Below are positions 1-9,870 of a stretch of DNA of 64,000 bases, piece after piece. The stretch covers positions 1 to 64,000 of the forward strand of contig JBFWRP010000006.1 of assembly GCA_050248855.1 (NCBI GenBank), given 5' to 3'. A program made the position numbers and the translations under genes. Every line of letters begins with the position of its first letter. Positions within the stretch are counted from its first letter, which is position 1. The notes beneath the pieces were generated by a model. It had not been told where the DNA came from, ran no database searches, and saw nothing but the letters and a program-made list of their open reading frames with translations. This stretch comes from Planctomycetota bacterium (GTDB lineage: Bacteria > Planctomycetota > PLA2 > JAEUHO01).

Positions 1-222
1 ACACCGACGTTCGCCGGCCGGCGAATCGCGACCCCTCCGTGACAGGCACCCTGCCCACGTGGCCGCTGCGCGGCGCCGCGGCAAGGGTCCAGACACATCC
101 GGGTTCGCTCTGACACCGACGTTCGCCGGCCGGCGTACCGCGACCCCTGCGTGTCAGGCACCTTGCCCACGTTGCCGCTGCGCGGCGCCGCGGCAAGGGT
201 CCAGACACATCCGGGGTCGCTC
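1..222. repeat. Tandem repeat, 112-bp period, 2 copies visible (may continue beyond the left edge), with internal inverted repeats
   Basis: ACACCGACGTTCGCCGGCCGGCG...GGCAAGGGTCCAGACACATCCGGG starts at 1 and again at 113 with few substitutions; ends just before the RND stop codon. Confidence 0.9.
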
Positions 223-223
223 C

Positions 224-3200
224 CTACTCCACGAATGCCGCGGGATCGTGGGGCAAGCTGCGATGCCAGCGGCCGGAAGCGAGCCAGCGCAGGCCGGCGC
301 GCGCGTCTTCGAACGCCATGTACACGCAGGGCATCAGGCCCAGGACGAGCATCGTGCCGAACCCCAGGCCGAAGACGATCGAGATGGCCATGGGGATCAG
401 GAACTTCGCTTGGAAGCTGGTCTCCAGCATCAGCGGCGCCAAGCCCACGCAGGTCGTGATCGACGTCAGCAGGATGGCCCGTAGGCGGCCCTCGCTGGCC
501 GCCACGACGGCGTCGCGGGCGCCCATGCCCTGGCGCCGCAAACGGTTGGCGAGATCCACCAAGATCAAGCCGTCGTTCACGACGATCCCGGCCAGGGCGA
601 CGATGCCGATCATCGACAGGATCGTCACGTCGTAGCCCAGGATGCCGTGCCCGGCGATGGCGCCGACGATCGCGAAGGGGATCACGCTCATCACCACGAT
701 CGGCTGCAAGTAGGATCGGAACAGCGTGGCGATCACGAAGAAGATCAAGAGCAGTGCGATCGGGAACAGGTAGGCCAGCGAGCCCACCGACTCCGTCGTC
801 TCGCGGCGCTGGCCCTCGAACGAATAGGTGACGCCCGGGAAACGCTGGCCGAGATCGGCGAGGTACGTGGCCTCCAAGTCGCGCGTGATGTCGGCCGTGT
901 TCGCCCCGGACGTGGTGTCGACCTGCGCGACGACCGTGAGCGTACGCTGGCCGTCCACGCGCTGGATCGTGGCGAAGCCACGCTCCGTCGTCACGTCGAC
1001 GACTTCGGAGAGCGGCACGCGCGCGCCGTCCGGCGCCGTGACGCGCAGCAGCCCCAGGTCCGCGACGGCCCGGCGGTGCTTCTCCGGAAGCAGGACGCGA
1101 ACCGTGATCTCCTCGTCGTCCACCTGCAGATCCTGCACTTCGAAGCCGAAGAGGGCCTGGCGCAGCTCCTGCGCGACCCCCAGCGTGGTGAACCCCAGCA
1201 GCCGAGCGTCGTCTCGCAGTCGCACGCGCGCCTCGACCTTGCCGCGCTCGCGGTCGTCATTGGCCTCTTCGATGCCCTGGAAGGTGTCCAGCGCTTCCCG
1301 TACGTACTGCGTGGCCTTCTCGAGCAGGTCGAGGTCGCGACCGCGAAGCCGGATCTCGATGTCCGCGCCCCGCGGGCCGCCACTCTGGGCGAGGTACTCG
1401 AGCAGGCGGACGCCGGGCAGGTTCTGGGTGCTGCGTCGGAGGTCGGAGACCAGCTCCGTGCTGGAGCGTAGCCCCTTGCGCTCGCGCTCCTCGCCGGTGA
1501 GCAGCTCGATCGTGAGCTGGCCCACCACGGCGGCGTCCGAAGGTGTCTCCCGCCCGCGGTCGCTGAACGAGGTGCCTTGCACGGCCAGGACGCTCTTGAC
1601 CTCGGGCTCCTTGCGGAAGCGGTCCTCCAGGTGGCCGAGCACCTCCCAGGTCCTGTCCTCGGGCGTCCCGGCGGCCATCTCCAGCTGGACCGTCACCGTC
1701 TCGGCGTCGTTGTTGCCCAGGAGGGTGAAGGGCACGAGGCCGCCCGCGACGACGCCGCCCGTGACCAGCAGCAGGGCGAGCGCGGCGGCGATCGTCACGT
1801 AGCGCCAGCGCACGAGGAACGTCACGATCTTGCCGTGCATGCGCGGCAGCGCCCCTTCGAACAGCTGGTGGCGCTTGGCGCCGAGGCGAGCCAGCGGCGC
1901 CAGCCAGCGGCCCAGGACGGCGCGCGGCCCGCGCGTGGCGGGCGGCCGCACGTGGGCCAAGTGGCTGGGCAAGATGAGCAGCGACTCGAAGAGGGACATC
2001 GACAGCGCGAAGATCACGACGATCGGCAGCACGCCGAGGAACGTGCCGATGCGGCCGGGGATGAACGCCAGCGGCAGGAAGGCCACGACGGTGGTCGTCA
2101 CGGCCGCCACCACGGGCATGGCCACCTCGTTGGCGCCTTCGATCGCGGCGCGATGGGGCTCCATGCCTTCGCGCTGTCGTGCGAAGATGTTCTCGCCCAC
2201 GACGATGGCGTCGTCCACGAGCAGGCCCAGCACGATGATGAGGCCGAACAGGCTCATCAGGTTGATCGTCTGCCCGAAGAGCGCCATCAAGAGGAACGTG
2301 CCGACGAAGGCCACGCCCAGGCCTACCGCCACCCAGAGCGCCACGCGCAGCTCGAGGAAGAGGGCGAGCGTGAGGAGCACCAGCACGAGACCCGCCAGGG
2401 CATTGCGCTGCATGAGGTCGATGCGGTCCTCGATGATGCGGCTCAGGTCGGTCGTCACCGCGAGGTTCACGGCGCCCCCGAGGCGCTGGGGGTCCCTCGC
2501 GACATAGGCGCGGACCTGTTCGGCAATCGCGATGGCGTCCTGCTCGGGCGTCTTGAACACGTAGATCGCGGCCGCCAGGTGTCCCTCGAAGCGACCCTTC
2601 TCGATGCGGTCCTCGAAGGATTCGCGCACGTCGGCCACGTCGATCACGCGCACGACGGCGCCATCACGGCCGGGACGCACGACGATGCTCTCGAGCGCGG
2701 CCGCGCGCTGCGACTCGCCGAGGGTCCGCACCCGGATCGTGGACGTGGACCCCTCGAGGAGCCCGCCGGGGACGTCGCGGTTCGTGGCGCCGATCGCCGC
2801 CGCGACGTCCGCGATGGTCAGCCCGTAGCGTTCGAGGTCGTCGGGTCGCACCTCGACGTGGTGCTCGCGCGCGCGCATGCCCGTGACGAGGAGCTCGGTG
2901 ACGTCGGGCAAGTCGAGCAAGTCGTCGCGGATGTCGTCGACGACCTCGCGCAGCCGGCGCTCGTCCGTCGTGCCGTGCACCACGACGGCGATGGCGGGGA
3001 TGAAGGGGCGCGCCTCCGCCAGCTCGGGCTCTTCGGCCCCCTCCGGGAGGTCGGGCTTGACCTTGTCGAGCTCGGCGCGCAACGACTCGAGCACGCGGTC
3101 GCGGTCCGCCCCCTCCTCCATCTCGACCTGGATGAGGGTGACGCCCTCGAACACGCGCGCGCGGACTTCGTCCACGTCCTCGACGTCCTCGATCTCGCGC

Positions 3201-3403
3201 TCGATGCGTCGTGTGACGCCGCGCTCGATCTCCTCCGGCGTTGCCCCGGGCCAGAGCACGGTGATGACGGCCTGCTCCGCCTCCATCGCGGGGAAGAACT
3301 CGCGCACCAGGCGCGTCACGGACACCGTCCCGCCGACGAGCAGGGCGATCATGACGAGGTTGATCGTGACCGGGTTGCGGACCGAGAAGCGGGGCAGGTT
3401 CAT
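224..3403 (-). CDS. RND efflux transporter permease, AcrB/AcrD/AcrF family
   Basis: Start MNLPRFSVRNPV overlaps the upstream stop (ATGA); motifs GLLVDDAIVVGENI, GIVVNDGLILVD, RLRAILLTSITT; 1059 aa. Confidence 0.95.
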   Translation of the reverse strand: MNLPRFSVRNPVTINLVMIALLVGGTVSVTRLVREFFPAMEAEQAVITVLWPGATPEEIERGVTRRIEREIEDVEDVDEVRARVFEGVTLIQVEMEEGADRDRVLESLRAELDKVKPDLPEGAEEPELAEARPFIPAIAVVVHGTTDERRLREVVDDIRDDLLDLPDVTELLVTGMRAREHHVEVRPDDLERYGLTIADVAAAIGATNRDVPGGLLEGSTSTIRVRTLGESQRAAALESIVVRPGRDGAVVRVIDVADVRESFEDRIEKGRFEGHLAAAIYVFKTPEQDAIAIAEQVRAYVARDPQRLGGAVNLAVTTDLSRIIEDRIDLMQRNALAGLVLVLLTLALFLELRVALWVAVGLGVAFVGTFLLMALFGQTINLMSLFGLIIVLGLLVDDAIVVGENIFARQREGMEPHRAAIEGANEVAMPVVAAVTTTVVAFLPLAFIPGRIGTFLGVLPIVVIFALSMSLFESLLILPSHLAHVRPPATRGPRAVLGRWLAPLARLGAKRHQLFEGALPRMHGKIVTFLVRWRYVTIAAALALLLVTGGVVAGGLVPFTLLGNNDAETVTVQLEMAAGTPEDRTWEVLGHLEDRFRKEPEVKSVLAVQGTSFSDRGRETPSDAAVVGQLTIELLTGEERERKGLRSSTELVSDLRRSTQNLPGVRLLEYLAQSGGPRGADIEIRLRGRDLDLLEKATQYVREALDTFQGIEEANDDRERGKVEARVRLRDDARLLGFTTLGVAQELRQALFGFEVQDLQVDDEEITVRVLLPEKHRRAVADLGLLRVTAPDGARVPLSEVVDVTTERGFATIQRVDGQRTLTVVAQVDTTSGANTADITRDLEATYLADLGQRFPGVTYSFEGQRRETTESVGSLAYLFPIALLLIFFVIATLFRSYLQPIVVMSVIPFAIVGAIAGHGILGYDVTILSMIGIVALAGIVVNDGLILVDLANRLRRQGMGARDAVVAASEGRLRAILLTSITTCVGLAPLMLETSFQAKFLIPMAISIVFGLGFGTMLVLGLMPCVYMAFEDARAGLRWLASGRWHRSLPHDPAAFVE

Positions 3404-4779
3404 CGGTCGGGAGCGGCCCCCGCGTGCGGGGTCGAGCCCGGAGCCTGCGGGGCGTCCGCGGAGGCGTCCCCCTCGAACGCGATGCGCACCACGCTGCCCG
3501 TGTCGAGGCTCTCGAGGTTGGTGAGCACGACGACATCGCCGTCCGTCAGGCCCTCGCGGACCAGGCTCGCGCCCTCCAGGCGGTGCTCGGCGGCGACGGG
3601 ACGGGCCGTGATGCGCCACGTCGGCTGGTCGTTGAACGTCCCGTCGGGACGGGCGACGGCGAGCCGCCCCTCCAGGAAGGCCTCACGCGGCACGGGGATC
3701 ACGCCTTCGGCCAGCGGCCCGTCGAGCTCGGCGCGAACGTGCGTACCCGGCGCCACGGGCGCATCGCTGGGGGTGCCCGTCAGCTCGACGTAGAGGATCT
3801 GCGTGCGCGTGGCGGCGTCGACGACCGGCGCGCGCCGAGCGACGCGCCCGGTGGCCTCCGCGCCGTCGATCCAGGAGAGGCGCACCTGGGCTCCGTCGCG
3901 AACGCCCGCGGCGAGCGAGGCGGGAACTGCCAGCGGGACTTCCACGACGGAGAGGTCCACGAGGTCGACGAGGACCTGTCCCGGCGACACGACGTCGCCC
4001 ACCTCGACGTGGCGCGCAACCACGCGACCGGCGGTCGGGGCCCGCACGACCGCGCGGTCCACCGCCCGCTGCTCCAGGTCCACCGTGCGGGCGTTGGCCG
4101 TCGCCCGGTGCTCCAGCGCCTCGCGCGCCCGGTCGTTCTCCGCGCGCTGCGCCCGCAGCGCCTCGAGCGCGGCCGCCCGGGCTTGGACCTGCATCTGCTC
4201 GCGGTCGAGGTCGCTCGGCGTCAGCGTGCGCGGGACCAGGCCCGCGACGCGGTCGCGCTCCCGCTCCGCCGCGGCCAGGTCGTCGGCCGCCAGCGCGATG
4301 CGGCGGTCCAGGCCGGCCGCGACCGTGGCCAGCCGCGCGTCCTCCGCCGCGACGCTCGCGACCTCGGCCTGGGCGCGGGCCAGTCGGTCGGCCGCGTCGC
4401 GGGCATCGAGCGTGAGCAGCACGGGGAGCTCGTCTCCCTCGGCCGCGATCACGTCGCCGGGTTCGAGCTCCTCGTGGCGGTCCAGCACGCGCCCGCCGAC
4501 GTCCGCCGTGACGCGGAACGTCCGCGGCGCGCGCACCGTGCCGTACGCCACCACGGTGCGCGTGACATCGGAGCGGTGCACGCGCATGCCGCGTACGAGG
4601 AGCGGTGGTCGCACGACCTCGGCCTTCGCCGGGGGCTTGCGCAGCGCGGCCAGCGTCCGTGCAGCAAAGGCACCGCCGCCGAGGAGGGCCGCGATCAGTA
4701 CGAGGCTGAGGACGCCCCGCAGGAGCACGTGGGGTGCGGGCGCGGCGTCCTCCGGGTCCGATGCGTGTGCAGGCTCCAC
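3400..4779 (-). CDS. RND periplasmic adaptor (membrane fusion protein)
   Basis: N-terminal TM, lipoyl halves (VRAPTAGRVVARHVEVGDVVSPGQ), coiled coil, beta-barrel; start (GTG 4779) uncertain. Confidence 0.9.
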   Translation of the reverse strand: MEPAHASDPEDAAPAPHVLLRGVLSLVLIAALLGGGAFAARTLAALRKPPAKAEVVRPPLLVRGMRVHRSDVTRTVVAYGTVRAPRTFRVTADVGGRVLDRHEELEPGDVIAAEGDELPVLLTLDARDAADRLARAQAEVASVAAEDARLATVAAGLDRRIALAADDLAAAERERDRVAGLVPRTLTPSDLDREQMQVQARAAALEALRAQRAENDRAREALEHRATANARTVDLEQRAVDRAVVRAPTAGRVVARHVEVGDVVSPGQVLVDLVDLSVVEVPLAVPASLAAGVRDGAQVRLSWIDGAEATGRVARRAPVVDAATRTQILYVELTGTPSDAPVAPGTHVRAELDGPLAEGVIPVPREAFLEGRLAVARPDGTFNDQPTWRITARPVAAEHRLEGASLVREGLTDGDVVVLTNLESLDTGSVVRIAFEGDASADAPQAPGSTPHAGAAPDR

Positions 4780-4888
4780 GCCTGCATGATCGCCGCCCGG
4801 GCCCAGCGGGGCGAACGATGCCTGTGTCGGCGGGATCGGAAGCGACCGATCGCCGCGCCCAAGGCACACTGGCACGCGGAGGTCGCCC

Positions 4889-5128
4889 ATGCGCATCCGC
4901 ATCCAGTACTGCTCGGTGTGAAACTACGAGCCCAAGGCCGTCGGTCTGACGGCCCTCCTGCTCGAAGAGCTCAAGCAGCGGGCCAAGTCCTTGGAGCTCG
5001 TGCCCGCCGGGGGCGGCTGCTTCGAGGTCAGCGTGGACGGCGACCTGATCTGGTCCAAGCTGGAGACCGGCGACTTCCCGGAGCCGGACGACATCCTCGA
5101 GAAGCTCCTCGCCCGCCTGGACGCCTGA
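4889..5128 (+). CDS. SelT/SelW/SelH (Rdx) family selenoprotein with in-frame UGA read as Sec
   Basis: Manual translation MRIRIQYCSV(U)NYEPKAVGLTALLLEELKQRAKSLELVPAGGGCFEVSVDGDLIWSKLETGDFPEPDDILEKLLARLDA; CxxU motif, G.FEV.VDG..IWSK...FPE signature, GGAGG RBS at 4878-4882. Confidence 0.92.
4928..4957 (+). promoter_or_regulatory. Bacterial SECIS element candidate
   Basis: Hairpin GGCCGTC-GGTCT-GACGGCC (4936-4954); the loop begins with G, 21 nt after the UGA at 4919-4921; lower GAG/CTC pairing. Confidence 0.75.
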
Positions 5129-5141
5129 GAGACTCGCGACC

Positions 5142-5534
5142 GTGACCTGGCAGGGAACCCCCGATCCGGGCCGCGGCCTTGGCGTGCGTGGCCGCCGCCT
5201 GCTGAAGGTGGGCGGTCTGCTGCTCCTCTTGGTCGGCATCCACGCGGCGTTGTTCCAGATGCTCGTGGGCGGCGCCGGCCAGCGTGTCGCCGCCCTGGAG
5301 CAGGAGCACGGCGCGCAAGCGCTCGACGCCGCCAAGAGCCCGGGCAAGGCCCCCCCGGTCGAGTCACCCACGTTCGCGGCCTGGCGGGCCGAGGAGGCGC
5401 TGTGGAATGCCGCGCGCGAGCGCGACGAAGCGCGTGCCCGACGCCGGCTGCTCGGCACGGCCATCCTCGTGTCCTGTGGCGTGCAGGTCTTGCTGCTGCT
5501 GGCGATCGGCGTGCGCGTACTGCGCGCTCGTTAG
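5142..5534 (+). CDS. Hypothetical membrane protein (2 TM)
   Basis: 130-aa ORF with two hydrophobic stretches, 13 bp after the selenoprotein stop. Confidence 0.7.
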   Translation: MTWQGTPDPGRGLGVRGRRLLKVGGLLLLLVGIHAALFQMLVGGAGQRVAALEQEHGAQALDAAKSPGKAPPVESPTFAAWRAEEALWNAARERDEARARRRLLGTAILVSCGVQVLLLLAIGVRVLRAR

Positions 5535-5908
5535 ACGCTTGCGCCTTCTCCGACGCGGATCGTGTGCCCCTCCACGGGGACCTGTTCGAGGTTGCCGTCG
5601 AACAGGAAGGCCGTCACGGGCCCGATCACGCCGTCCTGCAGCGCTTCCTGGAACGCGCGGCGGGACTCATGGCGCGTGAAGCGTGCCTGGCCGAAGTTGC
5701 GCTTGCCCGCGTGCGGGTAGATGGGCACCTCGACGACCGTGTCGCCGAGCAGCTTGCCGCCGGCGTCGACGTAGTCCTTGGCACCGATGGCCAGCACGAG
5801 GGGCCCGCCGAGGCGCGAGAGCCGCGCGGCCTCGCGCCCCTCCGGAACGATCTCGAACCGCAGGTAGAGCGTGGTCGTGTCCTCGCTCGGGTAGACGTCG
5901 GCGCGCAT
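5531..5908 (-). CDS. Hypothetical protein
   Basis: Protein-like segment MRADVYPSEDTTTLYLRFEIVPEG... at the end of the long ORF; GC-rich third positions. Confidence 0.65.
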   Translation of the reverse strand: MRADVYPSEDTTTLYLRFEIVPEGREAARLSRLGGPLVLAIGAKDYVDAGGKLLGDTVVEVPIYPHAGKRNFGQARFTRHESRRAFQEALQDGVIGPVTAFLFDGNLEQVPVEGHTIRVGEGASV

Positions 5909-5985
5909 GCGCGAAGGGTAGCCGTTCGCGGCCCACGTTCCACGTTCGACGCCCGGGCCCCGAGCGCGGTGGTCCGCCCTGCTCG

Positions 5986-6741
5986 TCAGCGACCCGTCGC
6001 TTGCCCAAGGACCCGGACCACCGTCTCCAGGTCGTCCATGTCGAGCAACGGGGCAAGCCGGGCGCGCAGCTCCTGCACGGCGCCCTCGGGGTTGCCGCCC
6101 CGAGCCACGCGGAACACGTAGGCCCGCGCGACGCGGGCCACGAGGGGGGCGCGGTCCGCCGTGAGCCCGATCGCCTCGAGCGCCGCGTTCACCGATGCGT
6201 CCTCCTGGCCGCGCAGCGAGCGGGCCTCCAAGGTCGCGGCGATCTCGTCGAGCACGCCCGCGGGACCCGCCTCCAGGGTGGCGAGGGCCGCGCGGAGGGC
6301 CGGCAGGTCCGCCGGTCCGAGCGTCTGCAGCGCCGCGAGGGCGCCGCGACGCAGGGCCGCGTGGTCGGAGGCGGCTTGACGGGCCCAGAGCGAGACGGCC
6401 TCTTGCAGCACCGGGTCGACCGCCGGCTGGCCGTCGCGCTCGACGCCCTCCAGGCGTGCCCGTTCCAGGCGGAACGTCCGGCCATGGAGCTCGATCGTGA
6501 CCATGCCTTCGCGTTCCTCCACGACCCTGCAGGCGAGGCGCTCGCCCCCAGGCAGGATCACGGCGTCCGCGCCGACGGCAGTCCCCGGTTCCCCGTCGCC
6601 CGGCCATGCGGTGGTCGCGGCGACGGCACCGCACAGAGCCAGGCCGGCCAGGGCGCCCAGGACGTGTCGTCGGTGGCCACGGGAAGGGCGAGTGGGGGCC
6701 GTGGAGGGACGGGGAGCGCGCGTGGATGCGGGGGTCGACAT
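5986..6741 (-). CDS. Hypothetical exported protein with helical repeat-like region
   Basis: RR-containing signal-like N-terminus (HRRHVLGALAGLALCG), D.V.L..G..L beta motif, helical C-terminus; start uncertain. Confidence 0.65.
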   Translation of the reverse strand: MSTPASTRAPRPSTAPTRPSRGHRRHVLGALAGLALCGAVAATTAWPGDGEPGTAVGADAVILPGGERLACRVVEEREGMVTIELHGRTFRLERARLEGVERDGQPAVDPVLQEAVSLWARQAASDHAALRRGALAALQTLGPADLPALRAALATLEAGPAGVLDEIAATLEARSLRGQEDASVNAALEAIGLTADRAPLVARVARAYVFRVARGGNPEGAVQELRARLAPLLDMDDLETVVRVLGQATGR

Positions 6742-6893
6742 GCCGGGGAGCGTACGCGCACGGCGCTTCCGCTGCGGAGCCCGAGGTTCGTGCAGATCCG
6801 CACGGCGCGCCCTCCGATTTGGGCCCCCGGCCAGCAGCGTAGGCATAAACCATTTGCAGGAAACAACTTGCGAAATTGTTCAGGATTCTGATC

Positions 6894-6910
6894 GCGGCAT
6901 GGTGCTTGCG
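6894..6910 (+). promoter_or_regulatory. Sigma54 (-24/-12) promoter candidate
   Basis: CGGCATGGTGCTTGC gives GG(6896-7)-N10-GC(6908-9) in an AT-enriched patch; upstream inverted repeat AACAA-N9-TTGTT (6862-6880). Confidence 0.6.
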
Positions 6911-7320
6911 ATCCCTACGGCGCCATGGTTCCCGGCCGCTCGCCCCGCATCCTTCGACCTGCCGACGCGTCGCGCGTCTCGCTCGCCTCCGGGTCCTCCC
7001 CGGTGTGCCGCGTCGGCGGTCTCGAGGGCCCTCGCGCGCAGCTCGTGGACCCGCGTCCGGGGCAGTTCCCCGGCCACGTGCCCCCCGCAGGCATGGCTTC
7101 ATCGGCCGTCGCGCCGGACACGGGCAGGCTGCCCGTGGCTCCGGGATCCGCCCGCATCCTTGCGGGGGCGGTCAAGCCTTCCTATAACGCCAGCGCCGCC
7201 CCCCGTCCCGGGGAGGGGATCCGTCCCGCCCAGAGAGCGGGTTCGGCCCGAGCCGCCACGCCACCCACCCGAGGTGGCCTGTGGACGTTCGGGGGGAGCG
7301 GTCGCGAGAGGAGCGGTTCC

Positions 7321-9825
7321 ATGCTTCGAGGCACTTGGTCGGACGCGTCGCGGACGCAGTCCATGGGGGCAATGTCCCTAGGGGCAAAGCTCGTGCTGCC
7401 CCTGCTCGTCGGCCTGCTCTCCATCACGGCGGGCTGCGGCGGCGGCAATGGCAGCAGCAAGAGCATCCAGGACCCCGAGGTCCGCAACTTCTCGCCGTTC
7501 ATGTCGCCCATCGACTTCGGCAGCCTGCTGCAGAACCCGACGTTCACCAACAGCTCGCTGACGGCCACGACCGACCCGAACTACCCCGGGCAGATCGTGA
7601 TCTTCTTTCAGCCCCAGACGGAGATCGACCCGCGCTCGGTCTTCATCGGCGGCAACCCGGCGCTCGGCGAGGTCGACCCCGCCGCGATCCAGATCACCCA
7701 GGAGGTGCCGGGCTCCGGCAACTTCCTGATCCCGATCGACGTCGAGGTGCAGCCCGACCGCATCATCTGCCAGCCGCTTCCGCCCTATTCCACGCCGGAC
7801 GGCAGCGGTGGCTACATCACCAACATGCCGCAGGGCCAGTACACGATCGGCGTGCTGCGCAACGTGCGCAACGTCAATGGCCGCCAGCTCCAGGACGCGC
7901 CCGTCTACCACAGCTTCACGGTGGGTGACAACGACACCCTCGCGCCGCGCGTGGTCACCACCAAGCCGATCGACGGCGAGATCAACGTCGGCGCCGGCAC
8001 GCCGCCGCCGGCGCTGCCCGTGGGCGTCCCGGCCGACTCGATCGCCGACGTCACCATCAACATCTTCGGGCCCACCTCGCCCGACATCCTCATCCGCTTC
8101 AGCGAGGGCATGGCCGCCAACAGCGTCACGTCGACCAACTTCTCGGTCCTGGACGCCGGCTCGCTCGCACAGACGATCTTGGCGCCGGCCCCTGGCTTCC
8201 CCAAGCTCAAGAGCCAGGAAGACCAGGCGACCCTGCCGTCCAACGGGCACGAGGTCCTCTGGCGCGCGGACCCGTTCGCCGGCGGCTTCCCGTTCGGTAC
8301 CGACATCCAGATGACGGTGCTGGGCCTCTGGAACGACGCCGCGAGCCAGGCGGGCAACCCGGGTACGCCGGACAACCCGAGCCCGCTGCAGGACTTGTCG
8401 GGCAACTACATGACCTTGAACCACGTGTTCAAGTTCACGACGGTGGCGCCGCCCAGTCTGCCGCAGAACCCGATCCCCGAGTACTCGATCTGGTGGTCGG
8501 CCTCGGATCGCGTCGGCGCGCTCGACCTGATCAACCACAAGGCCATCGCCGACCAGGCGCTGGGCAATGCCACCTTCCCGCAGGGCATCCCGCTCAACGT
8601 CTTGCCGGAGTTCACGGACACGATTTCGACAGACGCCAACCTGCCTGGCTTCGATCCGTTCGAGCTCATCGTCGACCCCCGCAACGGGTTCACGGCCACG
8701 TGCCACACGTACGTCTACGTGCAGTCGGTCGAGAGCAGCCAGGTTGCGATCATCAACACCCGCAACAGCATCCCCGTGGCGCTCATCAACACGCCTAGCC
8801 CTGGTGGCATCGGCTTGTCGGTAGCGGACAACTCCACGGACATGTTGGTCGCCACGAACACGGCCGCCAACACGTTCACTGCGTTCGGCATGGGCGGGGT
8901 CAAGGTGGGTCAGCAGTTCCTGACGCAGCCCATCTTCATCGTGAAGGTGCAGGCCACGGGCAACCAGCCTCGCGCCATCGCGGTCTCCACGCCGTCACGT
9001 GACCGCACGGTGTTCGGCCACGCCACGGCCAACCGGGACGCGACGATCCTCGGGCCCGTGACGCCCCTGATCATGTGGGCGGACTTCGCCGACGGCGCCG
9101 TGAACACCATCACGCTCAACTCGGACACCCCGCTGAAGACGTTCGGTCTCGGTCCCTCGGCCGCGCCCAACGACATCAGCTTCGGTCCGTGCCAGGGTCT
9201 GATGTTCGCGGCCATCTCGCAGGGCGGTCTGCCGGGTGAGGGTGCGGTCTCGTACTACGCCTCGGGTCCGGCTTGCAGCTCGGGTGTACAGACGCCCGGC
9301 CAGCCCGACGCCATCGTCGGCAAGACCAACGAGCCCGGCGGTCTGGATGCTCCGGACGGCTTGGACCAGCTGGCAGTGCCCACCTTCTTCGACATCTACT
9401 TCTACGTGGCCGAGTCCGGCTCCTCCCGCAACGCGGTGACGGCGCTGGGCCTCGAGCCGGGGCAGATCAACCTGCCGCGCGTCGTCGCTCGCTTCAACAA
9501 CGTCGGCAACAACCCGAACTCCATCGCGCACCGGGCTCCCTGGGGTACCCCGTCGATCGGCGAGGTGTCCTTCAACGACCCGAATGCCCCGACCAACGGA
9601 ACGTGCAACTACCAAGGGCTCACCCTGTGGCAGTACTACACGACCCCCGTGGGCATCTTCCCCTTCGCGGATGGAACGTTCGACGAGTCGCTGTCCCTCT
9701 TCGTCTGTGCGCGTGGGTCGAACCAGATCACCCAGATCAACGCGCTCAATGGCACGCGTCCGCTCTACAACGGGTTCGTGCCGATCCCCGGCGTGCGCTG
9801 GGTCGGCAGCCAGGGCAGCCAGTAG
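7321..9825 (+). CDS. Large surface lipoprotein with SbsA/Big_5-like Ig domains and a beta-propeller-like C-terminus
   Basis: GAGGAG RBS before ATG 7321; lipobox ITAG-C followed by GGGNGSS; DTLAPRVVTTKPIDG and ILIRFSEGM Ig-like motifs; ATGNQPRAIAVS and NVGNNPNSIA propeller-like repeats. Confidence 0.85.
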   Translation: MLRGTWSDASRTQSMGAMSLGAKLVLPLLVGLLSITAGCGGGNGSSKSIQDPEVRNFSPFMSPIDFGSLLQNPTFTNSSLTATTDPNYPGQIVIFFQPQTEIDPRSVFIGGNPALGEVDPAAIQITQEVPGSGNFLIPIDVEVQPDRIICQPLPPYSTPDGSGGYITNMPQGQYTIGVLRNVRNVNGRQLQDAPVYHSFTVGDNDTLAPRVVTTKPIDGEINVGAGTPPPALPVGVPADSIADVTINIFGPTSPDILIRFSEGMAANSVTSTNFSVLDAGSLAQTILAPAPGFPKLKSQEDQATLPSNGHEVLWRADPFAGGFPFGTDIQMTVLGLWNDAASQAGNPGTPDNPSPLQDLSGNYMTLNHVFKFTTVAPPSLPQNPIPEYSIWWSASDRVGALDLINHKAIADQALGNATFPQGIPLNVLPEFTDTISTDANLPGFDPFELIVDPRNGFTATCHTYVYVQSVESSQVAIINTRNSIPVALINTPSPGGIGLSVADNSTDMLVATNTAANTFTAFGMGGVKVGQQFLTQPIFIVKVQATGNQPRAIAVSTPSRDRTVFGHATANRDATILGPVTPLIMWADFADGAVNTITLNSDTPLKTFGLGPSAAPNDISFGPCQGLMFAAISQGGLPGEGAVSYYASGPACSSGVQTPGQPDAIVGKTNEPGGLDAPDGLDQLAVPTFFDIYFYVAESGSSRNAVTALGLEPGQINLPRVVARFNNVGNNPNSIAHRAPWGTPSIGEVSFNDPNAPTNGTCNYQGLTLWQYYTTPVGIFPFADGTFDESLSLFVCARGSNQITQINALNGTRPLYNGFVPIPGVRWVGSQGSQ

Positions 9826-9870
9826 GGACGTGCAGCGGGTAGCTACGGCTACCTGGACGGCCTGATCCCC

